From the NCBI GenBank assembly GCA_000182565.2, contig KQ257457.1: a stretch of DNA of 58,792 bases. One strand, written 5' to 3'. Positions within the stretch are counted from its first letter, which is position 1. Each line of letters begins with the position of its first letter. The position numbers were made by a program, and so were the translations under genes. This DNA comes from Spizellomyces punctatus DAOM BR117 (Eukaryota). Below the pieces are notes generated by a model. That model did not search any database, was not told the DNA's origin, and saw nothing but the letters and a program-made list of their open reading frames with translations. This document shows positions 22,635-36,093 of the stretch, piece by piece.

Positions 22635-24224
22635 ATGCTCAAGTGGTTTTCTTTGCTGGTGCTGGCAGCCGTGGTAGTTCCTCGCGCTACTGCCAGTGTC
22701 TTCCTTACTACCAATGTGCACGCAGGTCCATCTTGCAACAGTAAGGCGCTTGCTTTTGTCCCATCTGTCAGAAATGTCACAGTGCTGAGCATCTGATTAC
22801 AGGCAAGATCGTCGCCTTTACTCAGTTGAATGTAACGTGGATGCTCGAAACCAGTGGCCTCCTCAACGTGTTGAGCAACGCTACGGAGATGAAAATGCTC
22901 TCAGACTTCTTGCATATAACCGTACCCACATCGATCAGCACATGTAACGATGTCGTCAACTTCTTAACCCTACTTGACAAAATTGAGCAATTCCAAGATC
23001 AAGATAATTCCACTTCCCCTCTGGCATTGGGTTTTAATATTACGGCAACTGAACAAGTGAATGTCACATTCAGCTCTGAGTCGTCGAGCAGGAAAAATTT
23101 CGGGCCAACGGCGTTCGGAAATACGACAAGGCTACTGAATGATGAGTGCATTCCCGTCAACATGACAGGAACAATAATGGGAACAAGCGCAAGATGTAAT
23201 GCCGGCTCAACCTCACCAGCTCTTCCACCCAGTGCCGACAATTTTGTAGTAACATACAAAAATCTTTATGACACAACCTGCAACTGTAAGTGGACGAAAA
23301 GTGTACCGATTATGCGGATGCTAATTTTTCATACTTATTAGATGACCATGCCAGTATTATATATGGGCAAGTAGCTGATGGCACTTGCTACGGAGCGTTA
23401 CCCATAGTTGGTTTCCAGTCCATCGACGACGCGAGCTGTACCAAAGCGGTTTGCACGAACAATAGCCCGAATGTGACAGCGTTCTCCAGTAGCGGGGCAA
23501 TGCTAGCCTCCCTATCCGCAAATGATACTCAGTGTCAGATACAGTCGGCTCCAAATTCCACTAGCACGTCGGAAAAAGTTATTTGCAAGGCAGGCCTTCG
23601 GTCGTTGGTTACAGTAGCCACCAAAGACGTGCGAACCTGGCCTGCAAACTCTAACCAAGCTGTGACTTTCCCGGGTAATTTGGGGCTAAAGCTGTCCGCT
23701 AACTCGGACGTTCCTCTAAACGTCACGGTTGCACCTACTCCCTCCGTTGCGGGAGCGCCCCCAACAAACGGTATCAATACGTTTTATCACTTTGAAGTTC
23801 CTTCTGGTACCCAGTTCAAGGCTGACCTTACCTTCACCTATGATGCCAATCGTACGTATTTTAAATATTGTACAGCGATAATGGCGTTCAATAACCACCT
23901 TTTTACCTACTAGTCCTTTCGCAATATCAGTATAAAGCCGAAGACCTCAAATGGGCGGTTTATGACGAGTCATCTGGCGTCTGGAACGTGAAGACAGGAT
24001 CCACTGTCAACACGGGCTCCATGACTGTACTATATACCACATCCTCCTTTTCAGAATGGGTAAGTCTAGTCTTAAAGAGCTAATTGTAAAGAAACGAGTT
24101 CTGACCTTGATTTTAGACTATTGTGGCAGCCGCTACCTCGGCTGCTCTTACAATGACTCCGTCAATGCTCATGATTGTCGGCCTTTCCGTTCTCTCTGCA
24201 TTTGTGACGATGAAGGGTTGCTAA
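22635..24224 (+). CDS. Secreted, Cys/Asn-rich cell-surface protein with C-terminal hydrophobic (GPI/TM-like) tail
   Basis: Signal peptide MLKWFSLLVLAAVVVPRATA. Four GT-AG introns keep one frame. Many NxS/T sites. Ends TMTPSMLMIVGLSVLSAFVTMKGC*. Confidence 0.8.
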
Positions 24225-24464
24225 AGGACTGAGTAGTATTGTAGCAGGCGTGCCCGTACATCAACGATTGGATCATTATTTCTGAGGCAACATACGTACG
24301 ATGAGTGCATCATCGCGAGAGCAACGCATCATCTGCTAGCGGCATACATAGGTTTAAAATATGGCTATGTAGAGTTGGCTTTTGGGCATACCCTGAAAAA
24401 GTTTCTAGAACAAGTTGGCTACTTATATGCTCGTTGATTCGTATGATACCAGTAATAACTTAGG

Positions 24465-24545
24465 CTATTTATCTCTACGAATCTGGCAATAAATAATCCG
24501 CTTCCACTTGTCCGTGACACTACATAGCTCAACCTAATCGATTTC
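24465..24545 (-). repeat. Degenerate tandem duplicate of the last ~85 nt of the NSUN coding sequence, in its 3' flank
   Basis: GCAATAAATAATCCGCTT and flanks occur twice. The copy translates SIRLSYVVSRTSGSGLFIARF versus the true end TIRFSPIASRTSGLFIARIRKGK*. Confidence 0.85.
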
Positions 24546-24550
24546 GTGAA

Positions 24551-26084
24551 CTATTTACCTTTGCGAATTCTAGCAATAAATAATCCGCTTGTCCGCGACG
24601 CTATCGGACTGAACCGAATGGTATAAGAGAGGTCCATTTCCGGATAGTCATTTACGAGACTGCGCGCAAGCGGGAACTTATCCACCCCTGGTATTGGTTC
24701 GAGCTGGGCATCTGGATGTTGCTTGAGGAACCACGCTACGATGTCCTCATTTTGCTTTTTCGCAAAACTGCCAACGTGAGGCCCAAATATCAGTCAAATA
24801 AAAACGGTCCCATCCGGAGCTACAAGGTCTATTCCCACCTGCAAGTACTGTAAGAAATTCACACATTGTAAGCGTAATGTTTGCAAGTGCACGAAGTATC
24901 CGGACCATACCTGTACACTAATATTCCGCCTGGCTTCAACCTGTCAAATATGGCTGTCAGCTTCCCGGCCCGCACGGCACAGTAGTATGCTTCCTATTCA
25001 CTTACAGTCGATAACCATTAGAAATCAAGCCTCTCTGAATGACAATGAAGATGCGAATTAGCAAATTTACCCCACGGAAACGTCCTAAGGAACCTCCTTG
25101 CGGTACCTGTAAACCTTCAAGGGTTTCAAGTCTTGAAGGGTTAAGGAAATTTTGTTCGATATCAGACCATCCTAATATGGCCTTCTTCAGCAAATGTACG
25201 ATCGAGCCATCATGCGTGCATTCTGCGTCCACCAACACTTTATCATATAGGAGACTCGGGAGTTTGAGCTGGGGATCATTTCGGATCAGTCTGGTAGCAT
25301 GGAATGGTTTGGTTTTCGCTCCTGTACCGGCCTCGGTGCGAGATGGTATGCAATGGATAGTACTGGACAGTGAGTTTGTTGGCAGGGAGACTTGATCAGC
25401 ATCTAAGTCAACAGCATCATCTATGACACTTTCATGGCTTCGGATTGCAGATCCAGATGAGAGGAGGCTGGGGGTTACAGCAGACTTTCCCACTTGTGAG
25501 GGCGCATATACGTCAAATTTTGTTCCATCTGCAACAGGCATTTTGTGTCAACTTCAACTGCCGATGCTTTACGTTGGGCCATCCATACCAGCGATAAACA
25601 ACCGGGCTCTTTCCAGACGATACTTCTTCAATAACCCTTTGCAGACGGCTATTCGATCCGGTGACAAATCAACCCCCGTTACGGTTCCCTGTCCATCAGA
25701 TCCTTGAAGGTCAGCAACATAGCACAGCTTCATGCCAGGTGCACAGCAGAGATCTAGTACATGATCGTCTGGAGCGACATCAAGAGCATGGACCGCCACG
25801 CCGGAAGACACGCAGATGCCGTAGAACGATCCCCTTTTGAATAATGCTGAGTTTGCAATATTGACATCTCCTCTTAGTCTGTAAAATCCATCTAGCCAGT
25901 CCACCTTGGTCAGCGGAGTCCCAAGCTCTGCTTCCACCGCATTGATATCCAAAGCTGCGGCAAGTTGTGGTTTCACTCTAATGTACCGAGGAAGAGGTAC
26001 TTCAAACGCATATTCGTCTAGACTGAGATTATTTTCTTTCAAGAATGCTAAAAAAGGTTCTGGAAATTCGATCGCTGGAGCCAT
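24551..26084 (-). CDS. RsmB/NOP2/NSUN-family RNA m5C methyltransferase
   Basis: Motif I VLDLCCAPGMK, motif IV YDKVLVDAECTHDG, and motif VI LKPGGILVYSTCSF..QNE assembled through small exons 24911-24940 and 24839-24847. Confidence 0.93.
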
Positions 26085-26402
26085 GTTCTGGTGCGGGCAA
26101 AATTACGATAGACCAAAGACCTAACACCGCGCCACATCACCCAAGCCTTTCGCGTCCTTTACATCGAAAATAGGGCATTAAAAGGTCTACGATGTAATAG
26201 TCGTAGTATTCGAATTGCGAGTGCCTAGCGGAACTTGCCAGCTCAGATTGAATATATATTCTTTCCTCTTACTGTGCCAGACATAGCACACCCAGATAAA
26301 GAAACCCATTGTAACGGCGTGCCACTAGGTTTTGCTGCTTGGTTTCCCTTTGTATTCGGCGCAAATCCCGCGAACATCTCTAGGATAAGGATAGACCTTC
26401 GG

Positions 26403-26420
26403 AACCCTAACCCTAACCCT
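26403..26420. promoter_or_regulatory. Telobox-like (AACCCT)3 in the divergent NSUN/CFAP57 intergenic region
   Basis: AACCCTAACCCTAACCCT is seen directly; a regulatory role is inferred. Confidence 0.45.
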
Positions 26421-26908
26421 CTCCTTCTGCTTCACCTTACCTTGCTATTTCTCTTGCCTTTGAAAATGGAATAGTAATCCGATATGCAAAATCCGTACAT
26501 GCAAAGTCATCAGCTAGACTTCGTACAGAATGTGGCTGTTGTCGCTGCTAAGACTGTCAACACGACAGACACAAGAAAATGATACTCACGCAATGATCAG
26601 ATGTGTGGCAGACTCCATCCGCTCGTTAACCCTGCAGTTTCGCAGGTAATATTATAAGTCCCTGTTTGGGCCATGACATATTCAAGTCCTAGATGGTCAG
26701 ACTAGTGGTGGGATACTAGTAACCTAGAAGTGTATGGCTGTTGGACAAACTTGTACCCTACGCTCGTTGCTGATATCTGTAAAAACTCGTTCGATCGACT
26801 ACGGCTTACGTATCGGCGCGTACGCGTCGTGTAGAAGCTAGTCGTGTACTGTACGTGTACCATCAAACACATTGGGGTGCAAGAAGCCCACTGCAAATGT
26901 AGGCAGCC

Positions 26909-29900
26909 ATGTCGATCGCATCTGTCGCCCACAGGTGAGGCCACAATGTCTTCGGCTAGACGTATTCACGCAAACGATTAAATACCTTTTTTCTGTTGCC
27001 AGTCGCGTGTTTGGCATCAACATCGATGTCCTCGACAACATCTTTTATGTGGATGAAAACACTCTTCTTTATTCCGCTGGCTGCAATGTTGTTAGTAAGT
27101 GGTTCTTGTTTATGGACCTATACCCAGCCACATACATGGAGTACCCTTGACGTGTGGTAACTTCCTTATCAAAATCAACCGTACAGTCGCCAATGTCGAG
27201 CAAGATTCGCAGAAATACATACCCTTGTCCGGGTATGGCATATGTGCTATGACCATATCCTCTGATCGGCATGTATTTGCCGTTGCCCAGCGGGGTGCGC
27301 CCGGAGATATGCCAGGAAAAGGCACCAGAGGCGCTGAAGGAGCAACTGCTTTGATTACAATGTATGAAATCCACAGCTCGAGGAAACGGAGATCAGTTGT
27401 TCCGATGGATGGTTGTATATCCAAGGTAAAACAGATTGCAAAAAGAGGTGGAGATCTAGCAGAAAGGACACCATGTCTAATGCTGCATATGTTGTGTTTA
27501 TCCCGGAGTTCACCGCATTGTCGTTCTCCACGGATGCGAAATACCTGGCGGCTCAGGGTGGTGCCCCTGACTGGCTATTGCATTTCTATGTCTGGGAAAA
27601 AGGGAAACTCTTAGCAACCATCTGTACGAGCCAAGATGGGGAATCCGCCGTGCGGCAGATTGGAATCAATCCAATGGATGAAACAGAGCTATGTGTTGTC
27701 GCGGCGAAAGGAGTAAAGCTGTACCGGTATGCGGAAGGGGGATTGCGGGAAACCCCCGTGGCAGGTCTTGAACAGTTGGTGAGTGGTAAGGAGGCGATCT
27801 CTCTGGGAGGGCAAGATCTTATTCTTCTTTTCTATCAAGAATTACACGTGCCACGCCTGGCTGCCACCGGCTTCCTCACGGATTGCACTGGGCACTTCTA
27901 CCGGACAAATTGTGATTATAAATAATGGAGAAGTCGTCCAAACCCTCAATTTCTCGGACTCGGTAGCATGTTTGATGGCACTATCGCGTGGATTTGCATG
28001 TGGAGGTGGTGGAGGCGTATTGCAAGTCTACGAACGCTACACTGAAGAAGCGCTTGCAAAAGACTTGTTCAAAAGTGTCAGAAAAATCCCACTACCGGAA
28101 GAAGCAAGAGTACGAAATATGACAGGAAGCTCCTCCGAAGGAATCTTGTTTGTGGAAATGGAAACTTGTCAAGTCTTCAAATTTGTGCTGACTGAACAAA
28201 AGAGCTTGAAGGTGGATATGCATTTTTCTGAAAATCGTCTATATATAGGATTTTGACCCTACTCTGTCCAGGGCGAAGAACCCAAGCTACGTCCGTTATC
28301 CCAGCCCTTCCATTCAGGAGCTGTGACCGGATTGGACACTTGCGTCCGGAAGCCTATCCTAGTGACTTGCAGCGTAGACCGGTCGATACGCATCTGGAAT
28401 TATCAAACTAATACGTGCGAGCTCGTAAAGTATTTCTCCGAAGAGCCCTTTTCGGTAGCTCTACATCCCTCCGGCTTGTACATTTTGGTCGGCTTTAGTG
28501 ATAAGCTCCGACTGATGAACATACTAATGGACGATTTGCGTGTCTTCCGAGAGTTCGGACTGCGGGGATGCCGGGAGGTATGATATCAGTTTACTGGCGT
28601 TCACGGACAAGGATGCTGAACGATGTATCTTGCAGTGTCGGTTCTCCTCCGGTGGTCATATGTTTGCCGCCGCACAGGGAAACATGATTCAGATCTTTTC
28701 AACATGGACTTTCGAGAACCTTGCCAATCTCAAAGGACACAATGGGCGAGTTCGATCCCTCGTATGGACGCAGGATGATGCCTATCTTGTCTCAGCGGGA
28801 GCAGATGGAGCTGTTTATGCGTGGAGTGTGGCGGAAATGAAGCGAGAAAATGAACATATCCTGAAAAGTACGGCGTATTCGTGCGCCGTAGTCGCCAAGG
28901 ATGGGAAGACAATGTGGGCTGTTGGGTCTGATATGATGCTGAAGGTGCATTTTTCAACTGCCTGCTTCATATTTCTCGGCCACCAACGCATCGCCGTTTT
29001 CTCACCAATGTAGGAAATTACAGAATCCACCGTAACAATCGAGTTTGAATCAGATCAGGCATTGACCCAGCTGGTGCTCTCTAACTCAGGGCGCATGCTT
29101 TTTGCAGGTAGTCGCCAGCTCGGTACAGCTTGTTGCCTACACATCTTATAATAATCCTACCTTCTCGATAAGGAACTGCATCTGGGACTATTCGCGCAAT
29201 CAAATATCCCCTCTCTGGTCACGCCGACGACTTTCAGGAACATATCGCCCACAGCGGTGCAATCACCAAGTTGCGCGTATCATATGATGATCAATACCTC
29301 TTCTCTGCGTCCGAGGACGGTACCATATACGTCTTTAAAATTTCGGACAAGGAGGAAAGAGGATTGAGAAGGGAGAGAGTGATGGTGTTTGCAGACGAGG
29401 TTGCTAATTACTAGCCATCAGCTCAACAAAAGTCGCGCTGGGAGTATTCACATCTTTGTTCACTAGATTCTCATCACGAAATCTGATCTTGAAGAGAAAA
29501 CCATTCAAACCTCTGAGCTGCGTCGATCGCTGGAAGAGTTGCAGATAGAACACGAGTACCAGCTCCGCTTGCGGGACATGGCGTTTAACGAAAAAATGAA
29601 GGATCTCAGTGAAAAGTTCTCAGGGGAAATGGAGGCTTTGAAGATCTCGACCAGCGCATTGCGCACGGGGAAGGAGAAGGAGGAGGTCAAACATGAAGAA
29701 GCCATGGCGAAATTGCTTCAAAAGCATGCGACGGAACTGCATGTAGGCTCTTTTTCTGCGACGTCACGTATGTGCGTGATACTCACACAAATGTATGCTT
29801 TTGATGCAGGAGGTTGAAGCTCACTATAATCAGGAACTTATGGAGGAATATGAAAAATTCCAAGCTGCTCAACAAGATGCGCATGGCATGCAAGAATCAT

Positions 29901-31380
29901 GGCAGCAACAGATGCGTAGATGCGAAACCGAAACTCAACAAGCACTAACCAGTGCCCAGGCGGATTGGGAAGGAAAGTTGAATCAAAAAGCAGCTGAGAT
30001 TGAAAAGGTAATCATGCCTTCAGGCGTTATAGCGTCCACATAAACCGAGTGTAACGCTGTTCAAACTTGCAGCTTCAATCAGATCTTCGCAATCAACTAG
30101 CTGAACAGGCAGAGGAACACAATCAAATTACACAAGACATTGACACAGAGATTACACGTCTGCATGCAAAATACGACCGTAAATTGCGAGCTGAAAGGGA
30201 GGAAGGTGCCCGTCTCAAGGGCGAGAATGGAATCATGCGCAAAAAATTCAATACTTTGACGAAGGACATTGAAGACAACCGTGCAGAGATTGTGCGTATG
30301 AAGGAGGATGAGCGAACTTTGAAAGGAATCATTGACGGGCTAGAGAAAGAGATTACCGCCCTCAAGAAAGAGGTACGTAGTTGATGAAAAGCTTGGATAG
30401 GATTGCCGTTGACGTAGATGTCTCATTCATTAGATGTCGGAACGCGACATCTTGATTCAAGAAAAAGAACGACGAGTTTATGACTTGAAAAAGAAGAACC
30501 AAGAACTCGAAAAGTTTAAATTCGTCCTCGATTTCCGAATAAAGGAACTTAAAGAACAAATTGAACCTCGCGAGACCCATATCAAAGATATGACGACACA
30601 TATTTCCTCCATCAACACTGCCCTGGAAGTGCTCACAGCGCAAAAAGAAAAATTCACTACAACCATATCCGAACTGACTTCGCGACTAAACCAAACAAAA
30701 AACACATACCGCAACCAACATTCTAAAGCACACCAATTAACACATTATGTAAAATCATTCTTGACGGACTTGGAAGACGCGGTTCACTACATACAAGAAC
30801 CAGAGATATTGAGGGCCGCGGTTGAAAAACTGGAAGACAAATACTTGGGTGATGCTCCAAGAGGCGATTTGGTCGACTCTGGAATAGAGCCGGAGGTGGA
30901 TCGGGAATACATTGCACAGAATCAAGTGCTCCGAGAACGTATCAAAGAGTTGCAGGGGGTCGTCGAAGGGAATTTGAAAAAGTTCAGAATAGATGAAACA
31001 GGTAGTGTGATGGTGAACAGAGGATTGATTGGGTACGTTAATTGCAAAGGTACAGACCAAGCAGAAACGGCATGTTAAATTACTTTTGCTATGCAGGGAC
31101 ATCAATCGTCTTCGTCGAATGACAAAGCAAAGCGCAAAACAAATCAAAAACCTGCAAGTGCTGGCGATAACGGAAGTTCCCGTCGTGCCAGGCCGATCGT
31201 TGTCTACTTCTGGAGCATCTGGAGGTATGTAGTCCGCTATGAAACCTTGATGGTAGTATGTTTCTTATATTCATAATTGCTCACAATTGCAAACCACTAC
31301 CAGTAGTCGCTGCCCTTGACTCTGGTGGAACCAAACTTCCCACGCTGGTTGAGGGAAGAGCTGGGGTCGGGGTGTCATGA
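26909..31380 (+). CDS. CFAP57: Cilia- and flagella-associated protein 57 (WDR65): WD40 repeats plus coiled coil; multi-exon
   Basis: MSIASVAHSRVFGINIDVLDNIFYVDE, GLDTCVRKPILVTCSVDRSIRIWNY, SVALHPSGLYILVGFSDKLRLMN, EILITKSDLEEK and YDLKKKNQELEKFKFVLDFRIKELKEQIEPRE are all characteristic of CFAP57. Confidence 0.95.
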
Positions 31381-31791
31381 GAAGGAATGAAGCTTAACAC
31401 TTTTCTGTATAGTTATTGCCACCTTTTTTTGTATTATGCATCTTTTCATATGACAGAATACATCGGGTATTACCGAAATTGACAATCAAATCAGACATCC
31501 AGTGTTTGGTACTGCATCGAATAAATGTGCCATGATAACAGCGTTCGATTTGTGGAGTGTGAAAAGCCTGGCGGGATGGGGGCTTGCTGGTGACAACGTC
31601 CCTTTCGCCAGTTGACGTGATCATCACTCACATGCCTTAACCTACGTGACGCCAAATGGGGGACCTGCTTGTCCGGAAGGTTCTCACTTGTGTTTGTGAA
31701 TGTCAACCTCCCATTTACTCGTCCTACTCCTATTTGGTGCTGCTTTACTCATTCCTCTGACCATCAAAAGGCATCATTCAAATTACTGGAT

Positions 31792-32726
31792 ATGTCTGCC
31801 GATACACTCTTCGACGCGCGGGACCATCTCCTGACGGTTCCTCCATACCATGCCCATAGAAGCTATATGAAGAGCTTGTGGATAGTCCCAGCGGTTCTTT
31901 TTGGGCTTTATATGGTACTCGTTATTCAAAAAATAGCATTTTTTATTTTGTGTCTGTCATATTTTCTCAGCAGTACTTTGTGATAGCTCACCCTCATCGG
32001 GCGATTTGCGGCGACCACGGTTCACATAGGTTGGGAGGCTACCAAGGACACCGTCAAGCGTAAAGCGAAATCGGCCGTATCAATTGTCTCTGGGTCTTCC
32101 GTCGCTCCCCCTTCGGTGACTGCAGCTGAAATTGAGCCAATTGAAGGGGAGCATTCGAGGGCTACGACTGTCTCACCTACAGACGAGCAGGAAGAAGAAG
32201 AGGATTGGACCTCGTTATGGGTGAGTTCTGTTATTAGCATGTGGTAGGTGATATTACATTTCCATTAATGTTGTCGTGCATGAAGCTTCGGCGCCTTCAT
32301 CGTGCATCTCGGGCCGCTCGCAGATCCTTTTTGTTGTCAACCGTAATTGCCACCTTGGCTTCCTTGCCTATTGAATATGCCTGTCGTGTTCAGCCTATTG
32401 ATGGGACTCCGGGTGCTCCCATTCCACTTCCTCCGTGTGGAACTTGTCTTGGGAATGCAGCTAGCTTGCCGCTCACTATTATGCAGTGGGTGTTCTTGGC
32501 CCTGTCAGTGGTAAGCAAATAGCAAATCGTATCCTGTGATTTTGTCAATGAGCACTAACATTTGTCTGCGGAACAGGCGTGGATTTTCCTCGATCTCTTC
32601 ACATCACACGCATCTACTGTGGCTGGCACGCACTTTGTAATGACGCTCCTTGCTCAGTCCCTGGTCTTGGCATCGTTCATTTTAGCTTTCAAGCACTGGA
32701 GCAACTTCAGACGTCGCTCGTGCTAA
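31792..32726 (+). CDS. Hypothetical multi-pass membrane protein; 4 exons
   Basis: Open spliced frame MSADTLFD..LWIVPAVLFGLYM|LTLIGRF..DWTSLW|LRRLHR..WVFLALSV|AWIFLDLF..HWSNFRRRSC*, with ~4 hydrophobic segments. Confidence 0.7.
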
Positions 32727-33492
32727 GCCCAAGATTTCATCCGGAGCGACCAATAGGGCTTTTTTTTCCGCTATTTTGGTATTTTTTTGCAATTGGCAAT
32801 TGTGAAGTTGGAAGTGTGGAATCTTGTCAACGTTTGTTACATTGTCAACGAGGCGTTGGCGTGGTATTGTTCATTCATTTGCTTAACAAGGTGTATGTAG
32901 TTAGCTTCGAATATATCATACCGCTGAGATGCGTTGAGTACAATGCGAAAAGATGGCAAGAATTTCACCACATGTGAGCGCTTCAGTATTGCACGAAAGC
33001 TTTCAACCATGTACATTCTCTCCAAGATCTGTCTCTCGTGAGTTCAAGCACAGTAGTGTGAACATCATGAATGATTTCTCTGTAACTCATGTCCATTGAC
33101 AAATAGCTCTCTGGCTCCATTTCAACTAGTCTGATACTGTTTGCACTTCAATTCTGTGCTCCAGAATTGGAGCGATCATTTCTTTTGGGAGACTTTTTAC
33201 TTTGACTGCCGCTCAAGTGTTTCTTACCACAAAGTGAACCGGTAGACTACGCATGCACATACGAGTTTCTGGCCGCAAGGTGGACATCAAGAGAACGCGG
33301 TCTATGTTTGGTGTGCTCAATTACTTCTTGCGAAAGGGAGGCCATCGCCAGTAGAGACGTTAGGGTGAAAAACAAGACGCTTGAACCTACGGCTCATGAT
33401 GGATTAACAACTCGCATACCGCTTTATTTGGTCCGCCACATTGACAGGCCGGTTCAAAAACTGAAGAGCAAAACTGTCGTCATCCCCGGCGA

Positions 33493-33566
33493 TGCCTCCT
33501 CCGCGATTCGAACGCGGGACCTTCTGCTTACTAGGCAGACGCTCTAACCAACTGAGCCAAGGAGGC
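33493..33566 (-). tRNA. tRNA-Thr(AGT)
   Basis: Cloverleaf with GCCTCCT/AGGAGGC acceptor stem, TCTGC-CTAGTAA-GCAGA anticodon arm and GTTCGAATC T-loop. T-runs downstream. Confidence 0.96.
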
Positions 33567-34332
33567 GGGATGAATTGCCTCCTTGAAAAGCAAATAACAT
33601 GCGTTTTCTGGTGACAGTAAGCCCAGCAGAACCTGCACATGTTTACAGATGCGTGGAGACGCTTAACTATCTATTGTATGCTCTATGTAGGTCAACTGCA
33701 GCAAGCAAAAAGTAATGATAATATCTGCTACCTGAGTGTCCCAAAGGTTGAACAGCGTGTTGCTTACATGAGGTTCACCTCAGCTGGAATGATGATAACA
33801 AAACACACAATACAATCGGTTGGTGATCGCTACTATAAATGGCAACAATTTGCCGCAACTTGTAGTCAGCACAAAAACAGGATACAGAATTACCAGCTGG
33901 CGACAAGTGTGATTTTGAGACGACGACGACGAACGACATCGACGTTTGTCTTTTGAAAGTTGGGCTTTGCCACTCGCTTGGGTTCTTGCCGCTAAAAAAA
34001 CGCCCAAGTCTGTGTGTGTTTTTGCCCTCCGGGTGCCTAGAAAAAATATTTCTTTGGGTTCGCTACTCTCTCTCGCCGCGCGTCACTTTTTGAGGGAGAC
34101 GTGACTTTGAGACGACCAGCAACATCAGAAGGGCTTGGCGTATTTTTTCTTCCCATCGCACGCCCATAATCATTAAGGAAATCCTCACAAAAGAAAACAT
34201 TCCTGTCAATAAGGTACGTGTTAAAAGGGACGTCACTGCAAAGGGAGAGAGTTTGGCGCAGTTGATGATGATGGGTTCGCCGCTTTTGCGCCATGGCCGA
34301 CAATTCTTCCCATCGGTTTCACGTGTAGCTAA

Positions 34333-35190
<858 letters not shown>

Positions 35191-36093
35191 TCTCTACCGG
35201 CGATACCAGTATTTGGCATTTGGAATGGACGATGGAGTTGGTTTTGGGAGAGTGGCGATAAAATGAACAGACGGCGCGAACGAAGGGTGCTCATGATTTA
35301 CGTTGCTTCACCCGTCCCTGTGTGTACATAATAATAATGGCACTCCCGAAGTAGAAGGGCATACGAGAGTGGAGCTGATGATGGTGGGCAGGTAGAGGGG
35401 AGAGTAGCGAGGGCTGTCGACGTATAGTAGCGTTTCTTTTTCTTTTTTCTTTGAAAATGGTTTGTTATCTTTCATACTCGTGGTCTGTCCTTGCCGTCAA
35501 GTTAGTTATATGCAATTATGGGCTTTTTGCTTTGTGATGTACGTGGGAAGACTGGCTTCAGCAGGAAATGTGCGCTGGCAAGTGAGGATTTGCTCTAGAG
35601 TTCCTGCGCTGACAGATCTTGAATGATGGAGCAGAGTTATTCTTGATTATGATCTGCGTGGATTCAAGGCATACCAGCTTACACCTATTATATAACGTCT
35701 ACGCCTATCTCATGGCACTCCTACAAGCTATTGAGTGGATGATGATGTCCGCCCTAAACTTACCATACGAAGGTGTTGTGAGATGATCCTGAATGCCAGA
35801 AGATGGTGTTCAGTTCTCTACGTCACTTGCTCCACATATGTGCAAAGAACTCTTTACTTCACTAGCTCCACCTGTACGGAAGGATGTCCGGACGCGTCCC
35901 TTGCAGTTGACAGCTTCAGCTGTCAACGGACTTGAGCATTTCGCTACTCTCCATCTCACCGAAACCTCTTTTCGTCTCTGAAATCACACAATGAATGTCC
36001 CAACGTGTCGATGAAATCAATGCCACTTAGAGCGTCGTCTGCAAAACAACGGCAACAAGCTGGCTGCCAGTAGGCTGCCAGAATAACAGGATA

